From Octopus sinensis (lineage: Eukaryota), in contig NC_042998.1 of assembly GCF_006345805.1 (NCBI RefSeq), positions 107,446,001 to 107,510,000 of the forward strand: DNA of 64,000 nucleotides, given 5' to 3'. Shown here piece by piece: positions 1 through 12,967 of the stretch. The position numbers and the translations under genes are program-made. The number at the start of each line of letters is the position of its first letter. Within the stretch, counting starts at the first letter, position 1. Under the pieces are notes generated by a model, which made no database searches, had not been told where the DNA came from, and was given only the letters and a program-made list of their open reading frames with translations.

Positions 1-1986
1 TTAACAGAATATAGACTGGAGAATGCTGTGATGGTACACAATGGTTTGACAGGAAATCTTTGATCAAAGAGATGATAGTCTGTGTACTCTATGAAATAGA
101 GAATATATTGACACAGCTGTAGAAATATGTACAATAAGGCCTATTTGTGAATATCAAAAATATATATTGTCTAGTGAAGCAGTATGATCTACAAATTTAC
201 TGTCAGTATTCCTCTTACACCATCAAATGAACAATTATTGTTTATTTAGAGATTTGATAATTAATTACTTTGGTAAGTCACAGTGAAGCTGTACTTTCAT
301 TGCTCAACTGACAAGTACAACATACCTAGCATTCTCTTCCATTTATTGATGCTTTTACCTTGATTTGGGCCATCAACCTCTTGACAGAGTTGTAGGTATG
401 CCACTGTGTTATACAGCATATCTTGGACAAATTGCATGGAGCCCATTCCTGTTCAGGTTTGACCACAGCTGATTTCTTTCAGGAAGGAAGAAGGCCAGAC
501 AGAACTAGTGGAAGGAAGAGATGAATTGACCCCAGTACAGAACTGGTATTTATTTACCTGAAAAGGATGTAAAGCAATGTTGATCTCAGTAGGATTTGAA
601 CTGAATGTGTAGAGAGCTGGAACAATTACTGTAAAGCAGCAATCTGATTGGTGCTAAGCTTGTTTCCCAACCTGTGGTCTCAGGACCTTGGACATCTACT
701 GTAGCCCCAGGCCAACCAAAACCTTGTGAGTGGATTTGGTAGATGGAAACTGACAAAAGCCTGACATACATGTTTTTGCACATATGTGTGTGTATGTACC
801 CGTCTTGACTCCACATGATGGTTGTAAATAAGCATCAATCATAACTGAAAAATATGTCTGGCCATGGGAAATATTATCTTGTTTGGAAACAGGAGAGACT
901 AACAACAGGAAGGGCACCTGACTAAAAATTCTGCTTCAACGAAATTTTGTTTGACCTATGCTAGTATGGAAAAGTAAATGTTAATGCAATGGCACTACTT
1001 GTTATCAGCTAAGCATTTCTCTTCTGTATACCTGAGTATACTTTAGGTTTTTAATTAGTTAAATCACTGTTTCCAAACAGTCTACAGTTGGTCAACTAGC
1101 AAATTGAACATTATTATAATTTAATTTTCTTAACACTTTTAGCCAACATTATTAATGTTAACACTAACACTCCTCACTAGATTATTAATCAACCAACTAG
1201 AAAGTGTAGGTTCCCAGGAAGTAGGTAGAAACATGAGTTAACATAGCAATAAGCAGAATTTAAAAAGATAAATGAGTGTGACAGACACCAACACAAAAGT
1301 TGAATTCATGTAGTGTATGGAGGGTAAGTTACTCCACTTTTTCAGTCTATGGGTGAATGAATTCAGTAAAATACAGATAAAATAGTCCACTGCTGATAGT
1401 AATGAGCTGTACTTATTTACTACAAGAGTGAACAAACTGTTGAGAGATAGACATGGATGCAATGAATACAGTTGACAGTAGTATAGGTAGATGGACAAAG
1501 TGATTATCAATTTCTTATTGAAGAACAATCATTCTAATTAAGCAGCAAAATGAAATTAGGCAGTTTTATGACACTAACAGTGTTGTCTAGGACAAAAAGA
1601 AAACTATTTTTCTTTAGTGTTGTATATAATCATAAGCGAATAAATACTTATAGAGAGACCTAACTATTATGTGTATTGTCGTTCAATCTTAATTGTTTCA
1701 TCAATATATTTTTAATTAATAATCAAGAACTCAAAAAAATTTAATCAAGCTTAACAATCTCTTGTTTGGATGCTAATTTTTTTAATTACAAAAATGAAAT
1801 CTTTAATAAATAAATGCTAAACATAGATTGCTTCATGTTTAATTTCAGTTTCTTTGCAAGTTGACATGCTGCACAACTACTGTTTTCACATTCCATTATT
1901 TTGTTTTTTTTTTTCATCTTTATTCCAGAGTTGCTAATTTAACTAGATCTAGTGTATTTTTTAACATAACACAGCTAATGAAAATA

Positions 1987-2671
1987 TTGTGTTGAGTCAA
2001 ACGTTTTCCAGTATTTTGGTGATTTATTTGCTTTGTCAAGTTCCAACAAAAGCAGCCCAGCATTCAAAGTAGAGTAGAGGCCAATGTGTTGCACTATCTG
2101 ACATCACCTTTCTGCCAGTTCTTTAATTCCATTCTGATATCAGTTCTTGTCTTGTGAGGCAAAGAACTCCTTCACTAAAACTTCCACCTCCTCTTAGTAG
2201 ACGCACAGGAAATGAGCCATGGATTGGAACAAGAAATAATCTGAGGGAGCTAGATTTGGACAATATGCAGGGTTTGATTTCCTCAAGCTCCTGGTGTTTA
2301 ATCTGTGTTGTTCAAGCAGTGTGAGGTCTTCCTTTTTGTTAACTAATGCCAGAGTATTTTTGCTGCAGAATGGCATACATCTGCTCCAGCTGTTTGGAGT
2401 ACAGGCTAGCAATGAATCAACCATCCAGAATGAATTTGTAGTGGATTATCCACTCATAATTCCACCAGATGTAGAGCATCAGCTTGTATTTGAAACGCCC
2501 ATATTTAGTGACAAATTCTGGAAGCTGGCCTCTGCTTATGCTTGTTAGGATTGCAGAAAAATATCTCCCTCAGACTGTTGTTCTGGTCCATGACTTACTT
2601 CCTGCACTTGTGACACTTCATCAACCAATGAGTTGGAGGCTTCAATGAAAGCGTTTTTTGATTCAACACAA
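1987..2671 (-). mobile_element. Internally deleted mariner relic
   Basis: Imperfect ~26-bp TIRs (ttgtgttgagtcaaacg / cgttttttgattcaacacaa) with TA flanks; translates to PAYCPNLAPSDYFLFQSMAHFL and LMLYIWWNYEWIIHY. Confidence 0.8.
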
Positions 2672-2979
2672 TAGTTATCAAGTGGATAGCTATAAATTTA
2701 CCTAATTTTTCAAATAATGTATATTCTAGCTTGCATTTTACTGCTAATAGTTTCATAATCTTGATTATATAACTCATTATACATCAAGGCAAAATAGCCA
2801 GTAAATTTAAAGACCGGCCACATTTAGCAATTTCAGAACAGCCACAGCAGTAGTACATTGAAGAAAGTAACCATTGTTTACAATATTATTTCTGTGTGAA
2901 CTTGCCTCTTGTTTAAGGATTGAAAATTTGGAACCAATCGAATTATAAGTGAAGAGATTCTTGTGCTCATTATTTCTAG

Positions 2980-3080
2980 AACATGATGCAAATGCTACAT
3001 TATTGGCACCAGCAATTTCTAAAGACAAATTTGAAAGTTCTTCCTCAATTGATATTGAAAATACTGATAGAAAAGTGTAA
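2980..3080 (+). CDS. Possible terminal coding exon of a convergent + strand gene (...HDANATLLAPAISKDKFESSSSIDIENTDRKV*)
   Basis: ctcattatttctag| acceptor and an open phase-1 frame to TAA; no homology recognised. Confidence 0.3.
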
Positions 3081-3972
3081 TGTAGATGACACAAACATGA
3101 ATATTTCTGTTATCAACAGTAGTGAAAATGAAAGAAAAATTATGTACACAAGGTCAACACAATGCAGTAAATATCAGTGCTTGAGAACAAAATAAATGTT
3201 TAAAAACATTAACATCCTTTGCAGCATTTCAAGTGGTGACAACAAGGGAACAGAAAATCCATAAAAATTGTTAAAGAAAGATGACCTTTGGGTGTAGCAC
3301 TTACCAAGTAAATTTGTGTAAATACTTCACATTATAAATTTTATTTTTCAGGCACAAGATCCAAATTTTGAATGAAGTGCAAAAGTTTCTACTACCATAA
3401 CAAATGCTTCTGCGTGTTACCGAGAAATTCTAAAGCAAATAACTCTAGACTTGTTTTTTAAAAAGAAATCTACAAGTACTTTTGAATTGGCAATTGCATC
3501 TATAAGTGCACAAGTGATTCAGAAAATAATTATAATATATTTTTTATTATAAATGATCTTGATATTCTTTTTACTTTACATAAAATACTCTACTTTCTAT
3601 TGTCGTTTATTTACATATATTGTAAATTTTATAGGTAAAATATTTTTCTGGGAACGAATTACAATTTATAACATTGCTACTATGGAAAATTATTGCTGTT
3701 TTGAGTTTTCACTTTACGAGCAGTCTCTGAGAACAAATTAACATGTATATTGAGGCATTGCTGTTTGCAAGTATGGTTATATTTCCAGATATATATGGAA
3801 AGTAGTATCTCATACTGCCTGTTTTCAGCTTTTATGTCTTGTTTGCCTATATTTAAAATGATGACAACACCATTCTACTAAAACTGTCACATTGCACTAC
3901 ATTTTCTCAATTTCTTTTTTTTTAAAGTAGCTGAAAAATAATTGTGACAAAATTGAAGCATTAGGAAGTTTA

Positions 3973-4180
3973 ACACTTTAACATTCAGATGTCTTTGTCA
4001 AATTTAATAATGCATTGACACACTGATTTGAATGTCATGCATTACCTTGTAGCTTTGAGATTTCAACAATGTGATTGTTTATTTTTAGAATAATATTGTA
4101 GAGTGTGAGAGGTTAGATCTGGCCAGTTTGAAGATAAAACAGGTAAATATTTTGGCCAGATATAGCTGGTTTAAAAGTTC
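3973..4180 (-). mobile_element. Degenerate piggyBac-like MITE, inverted relative to the copy at 4629-4824
   Basis: Shares aaaccagctata, ttcaaactggccagatc, ttattctaaaaataaa and aaagctaca blocks; TTAA at the left end. Confidence 0.55.
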
Positions 4181-4628
4181 AAAAAAATTTCTTCAGAAAA
4201 CAAGGGATTGGTGAGTAAATAGGTTATTGTCATTCAGGTTTAAAATGTTACAAGACGAAATAAGTGAAAACTGAAAGAATTTTAAGTCTATCATATTTTT
4301 TAAAATATAGCCTGACAGTAGAATGAAACTAATAATAGACGAAAATCTGGGTCCCAAACATATAGTTACATCATTTTCCTGCAGAATGAAATATTTCAAA
4401 CTGCTCTCTTTACTACTGCACCATAAAACTATATATGTTAACGAAATATATTTCAGTGTGTGAAATTTTTATCTATAATACTAGTTTGACATGGGAAAAC
4501 TGTGAATCAGGTAGAATGAGAAAAGAGAACGTCAACATTTAGCTGATACAATGAAATGAGTGCAGAACTCAAAATTCAGTGTCATTAATCATACTGAATA
4601 AGACCCATTTTATTAGAGGTAAATCTAA

Positions 4629-4824
4629 CTCTTTAGCATTCAAACCAGCTATAGTATTTTAAATGCTTTCTGTTCAAACTGGCCAGATCAGGCCTCTTGC
4701 ATTTATGCTGCAATGTTATTCTAAAAATAAAAAGTTGCATCATCAAAATCTTAAAGCTACAGCATAATTAATTCAAAATGTGAACAAATAATACATATCA
4801 CAGAATAATTTGAATGCTAAAGGG
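4629..4824. mobile_element. piggyBac-like MITE
   Basis: TIRs ctctttagcattcaaa / tttgaatgctaaaggg with degenerate TTAA flanks. Confidence 0.65.
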
Positions 4825-5172
4825 TAAAAAAATTAAAATCATTCCAAACCCAAGTAAAAAAAAAAATCTAAGAGGTAAATCAGAAATAATTAAAACAAGA
4901 TATTAACTAACAAGAGATTTCAGAAACTCCCATCAAATCAACATTTTTAGTTTTGCATCACTTTCAAGTTGCACATACACACCCACTTCAGGTTTAAGGG
5001 ATGAGGGGATAGCAGATTAAATTGTGCAAGTATCTCTAGTTGACTTTGTTATTGTACTTCACTATAATATTTTAATAATGTAGACTGAGACTGAGTATGC
5101 CAAAGAATAGAAGAAAGAAAGCAAACAAAAGAAATAACGAACAAAAATGAGCTTGTGGTGAAATATGGTAGC

Positions 5173-5178
5173 TTTATT
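5173..5178 (-). terminator. Probable SRRM1 polyadenylation signal
   Basis: AATAAA on the minus strand, followed about 20-30 nt later by a long U/GU-rich tract. Confidence 0.55.
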
Positions 5179-6249
5179 AAGACACTGACTCTGTAATAAA
5201 ACAGAACCATTGTAAAGCAACTGTACAATAAAATATATCAGAAATTGTGACAGAATTCACAGGTTTCATACCAGCTCACTTTAGAATGAGATAGTTAATA
5301 CAGAACAAGGCAATCCATTTTCCATGCCACAAGGAATACTGCTGCCTTAAATAATAAACATATTCTTTTACAAAATATGAATAGCAGAAATGCAAAATGA
5401 AAGAAAATTGTTGGGAACCGGGAAGAAGGGAGAATTTGTTATTAAAAAAAAAAAAAATCATTTTTAAATAAAGAAAATCAAAAAGCTCAAAAAATATCAA
5501 CCGGAATAAGAAAATACTGTCTATAGGATTCAATGCTCATCTCTACATCCAGCTGTCATGTTGGACCATTGAAAGCTGTTGATAGAAAAATAATTATCAC
5601 TTCAGTCTTCAAAGAAAAACCATTTTAAATAAAACCCAAGATATGAATCATTGGGAATATAATGACTCAGCTAAAAAGCAGAGCATTCTGACAACAATCC
5701 TTCACATTTAATGCTAATAAGTAATAAACTGACTCCTTGCAAAGTAAAGTTATCACAAACAGCATTTAGGTAGATGTAGCAACTAATATTTTGTTGATTT
5801 CATAATACTTGCCCTATCACTAAATGAAAATACTTTTAGCTTTCCCTAATTAAATCAGTAAAAATAATCTTGTCAGGTTCCCTAAAATCTTAAAAGAAAT
5901 TTCCCTGCTGAACCTACAAAATAAATAGATATACTAATAATAAAAATTATTCCTGGAAAGTTAAAATAAACCCAAAAAAACTACCTAAATAAAATATATA
6001 TGAAAAATAAAAATTATAATAATAAGTAAAGCCAACAGGTGGAACAATATTTAGATTACCAGTTTATCTGCACCAGTACTTTATTAAGTAAATAATTATT
6101 TACGATATGTTCAAGGCAGCAAAACAAATAAGATCACTATTTTAAGTAATAGTATTAGTAATATCAGCAGCAACAGCATGGATAGTGATGGTATTGTAAG
6201 ATGTAACACAGACTGTAAAATGCTGTCACATTCTACCGAAGTTCAATAA

Positions 6250-6396
6250 CTATTCTGTTGGATTATGAAATGTTCCAGAACTGGATTCATTGCCTGATGT
6301 GGCAGGATTGGTTTTGGCCTTATTCAGAGACTGTAATGCTTTTTCTCTCAATAACTGTTCCAGTTTTTCTTGCTCTGCAGCACTATCAGAACCAGC
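6250..6396 (-). CDS. SRRM1: SRRM1 last coding exon (AGSDSAAEQEKLEQLLREKALQSL...PTE*)
   Basis: tttttcag| acceptor, 147 nt; LEQLLREKAL matches the conserved SRm160 LEKHLREKAL. Confidence 0.93.
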   Translation of the reverse strand, partial: AGSDSAAEQEKLEQLLREKALQSLNKAKTNPATSGNESSSGTFHNPTE

Positions 6397-9195
6397 CTGA
6401 AAAATAAAGCCAATATTTAAGTCTTTTACCAATAAACTAATTACATAATATTTAAGAATGAATTAAAACAGTCTTATATAAAAAAAAATGATTACAATAG
6501 TTAGATCATAATCATTCACACACTAAAGTCAATGCTATCAAGTCTTATTCCTAGTGTCATGTTGTACAGGTCTGTGGGAGGGTTATGATCTAAATTAGCT
6601 TAAAAGCAATAGATAAAAATGGAACAGTCGATCTAACTACCCATGCAGAACAGAAATACAATTGCATGCGGAGTGCTAAATGTATTTTGACTGGGTTTCC
6701 AACACCCTGAATAAGTGAAGCAAAAGAGATGCCATCATCATCATTTAGCATCCGTTTTCCATGCTGCCACAGCTTAGATGGTTTGACTAGGGCTGGTAAG
6801 ATGGAGAGCTCTACCAAGCTCCAGTCTATTTTGGCTTAGTTTCTACAGCTGGATACCCTTCCTAAAACCAGCCACTTCAAAGAGCGTAGAGGGTACCTTT
6901 TATGTCACTGGCACTGGCCACGACTATGATTTTACTTGGCTTGACATTATCCATACTTAGCTCATAACTATCCATACAGTCAACTGACATTTTCTTTGGG
7001 TATTCCTATGCTAGTGTGCCTTGAAAACCCAAACGATCCAAAATACTACAAATGACATGAGATTAAGATCCTTAAACTTTGAATTTATTGTTGAACTTCA
7101 CTATTCTCATACTTATGAGCAGTTTGCATAATATTCACTTCTGTATCACTCTCCCCTTCTCACCACCATCTTTCTGATCTCTTGCTCTTACTTCTTTTGT
7201 TATATCCCACTCTTTTCACTCTGGTCACATTACTATTACTTCTCTCTTTTATTACACTACCACTTCAGCTCTTGTTCATTTTCCTGATTTTAACCTATTA
7301 CTCCTACTTTTCTCAACACTCCACCCCACCCATGTGACAAGAGATGCCAATATCTAACTGTAATGGTGATGTGTTAGAAAATGTCTTTCTTTTAAAAGAA
7401 AGGAATAACTGGAGAGATTACAAAAAGAGGAGACTCTCTTATGAGGAACAAGAGAACATCTAAGATGCTAATGAATGGAGACATCTCTGATGCTGGTGCC
7501 ACAGTAAAAAGCATTCAATATGCTGTATAACAATCAATGATAGGCCAACAAGGAAACATAGTCTCTTTGGCTCTTCTTGGAGGTTGGTAACTCCCTAATA
7601 AGAAGTAACTCAGGTAATGATGACCTGCCTAAACTATGCCTGCATGGAAAAGTGAATGAATGTTGATGATTTAGCCTTCTTTTTACCCCTAAATCAATAT
7701 CAAAACTATTAAATTTCTCTTATATAAAGAATTCTACTTGCAGCTCTTTCAGAAACCTAGTATTTGTGATGACACACTTATGGTAAGCAGTACTAATCTA
7801 CCACCAGTTTTATTTAGTATCTTGTTATACATCTGCTTAAATTTGTCAGTTTTTCATTAATTATTGTTACAGTTCTCCTTCCTTTCCTAGTCTTCATACT
7901 ACAGGAATACTAATCTTACTGGAAGTATATTTTCCCCAAAATATTATCACAATTGCTATCTTACAATTAGAATAAATAAGCTAACAACAGCCTACAGACA
8001 TTACCATTACCATTTGGTGTATTTATGTGAATAAATTATAGTCTATACAACACTATATTCCATATATATTGGTGGTTCCCAACAAAGCTATAAAACCGAC
8101 ACAATAACTACATGTGAGTCAAAAATAAAATGAAGAAAAACTACATTAAATTATACGGAAACTTCATAAAAGTGAAAAAGGGAAGATGACACTAAATAAC
8201 TTTCCATTGATTTATGCATATCTTTCCATTTTCCCTGTTCAATCTAAGACTATTTTTATGATCAATTCTCATGGAATTTCAAACTATTTGAGTGTTGTCG
8301 AGAACTAATAATATCAAACATGATGGTGAAAGCATAACACTTAAGACGTTTCACAACTCTACAGTTAAATATTAATAGTTTGAAGTAAATAGCTTTTGCT
8401 TTGTTCAAACAAGATATTTTTCGACATACAGAACTGAGATTGACATTGATTCTCATTGACAGTAAATCCTTAACTAAAACAGCAAACTTTCATCACTAGT
8501 AATTGTATTGCAAGCAAAATTTTATTCATCTAACATAGGCATTTTCCTAAACATGTAGGAGTTGAAAATTATTCGTAAGTGTAGAATACAACCACATCAG
8601 ATTTAAGAAAAATACGCCTGAAATATTTATTTGGTTTAATATGAAGATGTTGGTGCCTTTTTTCTCTTTCTTTCCCCATTTTACTTCCATTTTTCCATGC
8701 TGGCATGAGTTGAACAAGTCTGCAAATTCAAACATTTGCATGAGTTCTTGTAGTAGGTGTATTATGGTAGCATGTACATCTCATCAAAGCTAATTAGTTG
8801 TTAACTTAATTGTTAAATATAGCAGAAAATAGACTTTGAAAGCAGTACTTGTAATGTTAACACTGGGTATTGTATATAAACAGATTCATTTATGAAGAGA
8901 TAGAAAAATTTTCAAATCTTATATATAACTACTAGACAACTTCAACAATGATTTGAAGTAATGTATAATTCACTTAAATGCTCTAGAAACAAGTGAACTT
9001 CAAGCCAACTAGAATTGACAAGAAAAGGAATGAAGAACACTAATAATGTGTAAACTTCATCTTGTAGATGCACATGAATTCAATATTACACATGCTACAA
9101 CTTAATATTTGTTGAATCAAAAGGTTAACAATAGCAAATCACAAGTGTTTAGAATATACTGCTATCATCAATAATTAAAACTGTATAAAACAAAC

Positions 9196-9303
9196 CTCTT
9201 CTTCCTCTTTGCCCTTCTTGTGCTTATGTTTCTTATGTTTCTTGTGCTTTTTCTTCTTCTTCTTCTTTTTCTTTTTCTTTGTTGCAGCATCACTGTCGGA
9301 TCC
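9196..9303 (-). CDS. SRRM1: SRRM1 exon 14 (GSDSDAAT, poly-K, KKHKKHKHKK)
   Basis: tctttgtag|...|gtttgt, 108 nt, phase 0/0; matches the SRm160 K/H tract. Confidence 0.92.
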
Positions 9304-9477
9304 CTACAAAGAAAGAAGACACATACTTCAAGTAGAATATCTATTTTTACACACATTACAAAAACTCCCAAGCAACAACACTATAAACAGATGTTTCCTA
9401 ATCTGAGAAAGCTGACAATCTCATGCCTTATTTTACAGTTTTAACAGCTCTAGAGAGATGTAATGAATCTTACAAAC

Positions 9478-10534
9478 CTCAGACGAGGAAGACTTCTTCT
9501 TCTTTTTCTTTTTCTCTGATGAATCTGTTTTTAGCTTTTTCTTTGGAGATTCAGAAGAGTCTTGGAATATTGTGTCATCCTGATACACCTTTTCAAGAGA
9601 AGGATGGTTTGTGTCAACAGAAACAGGTTCTGGAACTAATAAATTTGAAGAAAGTGGTCTTGACTTATACGAGTCTTGACTACTTAACCTTTGTTGATCT
9701 TTAGGTAAATTTTTAGTCTTTTTAGGGGAATCTCTTAACTTGCTTGATTCAACATCGTCCCGAGCTTTTTTAGCTGGAGGTGATGATGATTTTTTCCTTC
9801 TGGACAGAACTGGAGAGGGGCTACGACTCATTGACATACTCCGAGATAATGACCGTTTCTTGGGGAGTTTCAAGGAAGTGTTCACTTTTTCTGGAGATGC
9901 AGATACACCCCGAGCTTTTCTTTGGTGTGATGCCACAGGAGATAGATTCTCTGAGTGTTGATGTACTGTTACAGTTTTACTTGTTCTTTGACGAAGAGGT
10001 GATGGTGATTGTCGGAAACGTTCAGGTGATGGAGATGCAGAACCCGACATTGAAGAAGATTTTTGTTTCAGATAAGATTGATGTTGTGTAGCTGGAATCT
10101 GTCGCCTTGTCATTACAGACATCTGAGGTGAAGCATCACGGCAAACGGGAGATTCTGATTCACTACGATCTCTCTTAGCTCCTGGCAAGACCTTTTTCAC
10201 TACCCTCTGTGGTGATTCTGATGAAGAGCGGTCACCATGGATTACTTTTCGAGGAGGAGAAGGAGTGCGAGATTTCGAGATGTTCCTTCTCTGACGTACT
10301 GGTGGCAGTGGTGAATGTGATGGTGATCTTTTCATCCTGGGAGGGGACCTAGCATATGGTGAATGTTGCCTCATCTGACGAGGAGGGGAATCTGGTGTAA
10401 CCTTTCGATGTCTTCGCCGCATCTGGTTAGGTGAAGGAATGTTTCGGCGTCTTGGTGATGGAGATCTAGAAATATCTCGAGGACGATTAGAGCGAGGTCG
10501 ATCTCTAGCACGCATTGGAGAGTGAGGTGGACTT
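9478..10534 (-). CDS. SRRM1: SRRM1 exon 13 (large RS/SP exon)
   Basis: tttctatag|...GAG|gtttgt, 1057 nt, phase 2/0; lies within ORF 9433..10575. Confidence 0.92.
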
Positions 10535-10729
10535 CTATAGAAAGAATGAAATACAAAATTAATAAGAATGGGCATTTTTTATTGCAACCAAAAATAAAAT
10601 GATAAAGAAATACACTTTCAACATATTTTGACTTATAGAACATTCAATGTTTTCTACTGTAATAATACTGCTCCTTAATCAAAGTATCAATATAGAGGTA
10701 ATAACTTGAAATAATAATAATCCTTTCTC

Positions 10730-10895
10730 CCAGAAGCACAAGGCCTGAAATTTTGAGGGAGGGACTAGTCTATTACATTGACCTCAGTGAGTCAAAGCTG
10801 ATCTCTGTGGAATTTGAACCCAGACCATAAAGACAGATGAAATGTCGCTAAGCATTTTGCCAGGTGTGTTAACAATTCTGCCAACTTGCCACCTT
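10730..10895 (-). mobile_element. tRNA-derived SINE, CpG-decayed copy of the 40574 family
   Basis: Minus strand ggtggcaagttggcagaa...gggttcaaattcc has A and B boxes and aligns to the 40574 copy. Confidence 0.75.
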
Positions 10896-10994
10896 AATGC
10901 ATCAACGTGAAATGAAATTTACGTAAATAAATCACATTGTGCTTAATTTTAGATTTGAACAAGAGGAAAGTAGATATGAAATATTGGTGCTGAC

Positions 10995-11078
10995 CTTTTA
11001 AGTCTAGGAGACGCATAGCGAGGAGGTGATCTGCGATATCTTTGTTGAGGAGACCAGCCTCTAGGTGCATATGGATAA
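10995..11078 (-). CDS. SRRM1: SRRM1 exon 12 (YPYAPRGWSPQQRYRRSPPRY)
   Basis: cttttcag|...|gtcagc, 84 nt, phase 2/2. Confidence 0.88.
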
Positions 11079-11309
11079 CTGAAAAGTAAAAAAAAAATAC
11101 ATTATACAGAATAGAAAACGAGAGTAATAATTCACAGAATTATTTCTATGTATATTTTGTACATGTTTCTTTCATGACAGTACAAGTCAAACAAAATGGT
11201 ACATTCCAAGACATCTTTTGAAACTGGATTTTACAGCTGGAGAGACTAATGTGTCATCCTGATAAACCTTTGCAAGAGAAAGATGGAGAGACTAATACAC
11301 CACCTAGAC

Positions 11310-11606
11310 CAGTGTGTCTCAAGTGGGGTCCATGCAACAAAATAGTAAATTGGGGATCCTCAGTAGTATTTTAAGGGTCCATGAAAAAATTCTGATTTAG
11401 ATGTATTTATTGAAAGAAACAGCTAGGTTTATTTCTCAAACATTTTACATAGTTCTATCTACACAAATTAATGTGAAAAACAAAATAGGAATTTTGAAAT
11501 TAGTTTCTATAAAAACTATTTCAAAAAACCAATTGGTTATGGGGGCATATCAAAATAAAATAGTAATCAAAAGGGTCCATAGATAAATGATGATTGAGAA
11601 CCCATG
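11310..11606. mobile_element. hAT (Charlie-type) MITE
   Basis: Ends cagtgtgtctcaa / ttgagaacccatg; perfect 8-bp TSD acctagac at 11302-11309 and 11607-11614. Confidence 0.85.
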
Positions 11607-11820
11607 ACCTAGACTAATACAATCACATAACTGTACATATTAATAAAGTAACATAACCTGTTAGCTTCTAAATTACTATACTGTTTTGCATATCCTTTCC
11701 TTGCTGTCTTCTACCTGGATAAAAAATATATTCTATTCTACTGCAGGGTTGAGAGATCAGCAATTAAATAACAAATTACATGCTAGCATGAAACGGATAT
11801 GAGGAATATGCTCCACTTAC

Positions 11821-11989
11821 GGTGACCGGCGCATAGAATATGGAGAAGGCCTCCTCCTAATTCGTCGGGAACCAGGATCACGGATAAGGTCTCTCCTACC
11901 ATATCTGTCTCTGGGTCGAGAAGGTGATGGATAACGACGATTTCGTATTGGTGATTCTGATCTCTTATCTCTTCTGTCCCGAGATTCTT
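11821..11989 (-). CDS. SRRM1: SRRM1 exon 11 (R-rich)
   Basis: attctag|...|gtaagt, 169 nt, phase 1/2, open frame. Confidence 0.9.
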
Positions 11990-12336
11990 CTAGAATAACA
12001 AGTCAGTTTGAAATTAAATAGAAGTTTTACAAAACAAAATAAAATTTCAGATACACATTTGCTTTTGTCCAAAGGGTAACCAGCAAAGGAAAGTTGTTCC
12101 ATCTGAGAAATAAACAACTCTGAAACAAATAAAACAGCTGCACAATAACAGCTAATAAGAATTAGGCAAAGAGATGGGTGACAAGATTTACCCAGAGTCT
12201 AACAATAATACAGTTATTCATGTACACAAGGATTTAGAGATGGATCCATTATTCATCGACAGCAGATAACTTAAAATCTAGAAGCTTTATCCCATTACAT
12301 ATTGTTATTCCTTCTCAACTAGTACAAGAACCAATA

Positions 12337-12967
12337 TTTTTTCACAATCTGCATAGCTTTATCCTTGTCAGAATATTAAAAAAAACACATTTACATTTGA
12401 AATAGTCCATGTAAATGTAATCAGAATCTTGTTCTTTTTCAACATAAAAACAACTTGAATTAACAAGTAAAAGTATTTCCCCTTTACACAATATAGGAAT
12501 GTGTACAAAAATTGAGAAGAGTTACAGAAGTTAGTGGAGAAGGTAGCTGTCTGGCTGGCTTTCATGAAACTAAGTATCAATATAACAAGTAGGCTACCTA
12601 AACTTCAGTGAGCAGACAAGAAGAGTCATCAATTTTTCTTCATCACAAACAACTTAGGATATGATCAACAAATTCAAATTGTTATGCATACCCAGTAAAA
12701 ACTTGCCTTTCTCTTTGAAGTTAAAAAATATTCAACTGTTGTGAGCTTTTTATAAGACCCACAACAAAATACTGTTGCTAATCGGGGTTGTTGCAGCACA
12801 TAGACAGTCACTTGACTGCATCGATGAGAATGGGCACTTGTTACTTCAAGTTGTTTTTATATTGAAAAAGAACAAGATTCTGATTACATTTACATGAACT
12901 ATTTCAAATGTAAAAAATTTTTTAAAAATATTCTGACAAGGATAAAGCTATGCAGATTGTGAAACAA
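12337..12967. mobile_element. Tc1/mariner-type MITE with ~130-bp TIRs
   Basis: 12337-12468 is the near-perfect reverse complement of 12836-12967; TA on both flanks. Confidence 0.85.

Noticed and set aside
9589-9688. Possible exitron in exon 13 (AG|gttaag ... cttctcttgaaaag|)
   Set aside because: The donor is weak, and removal of 100 or 109 nt would not keep the frame
9168-10643. Overlapping ORFs on both strands (9209, 9220, 9423, 9740, 9780, 10371)
   Set aside because: Shadows of low-complexity SRRM1 exons
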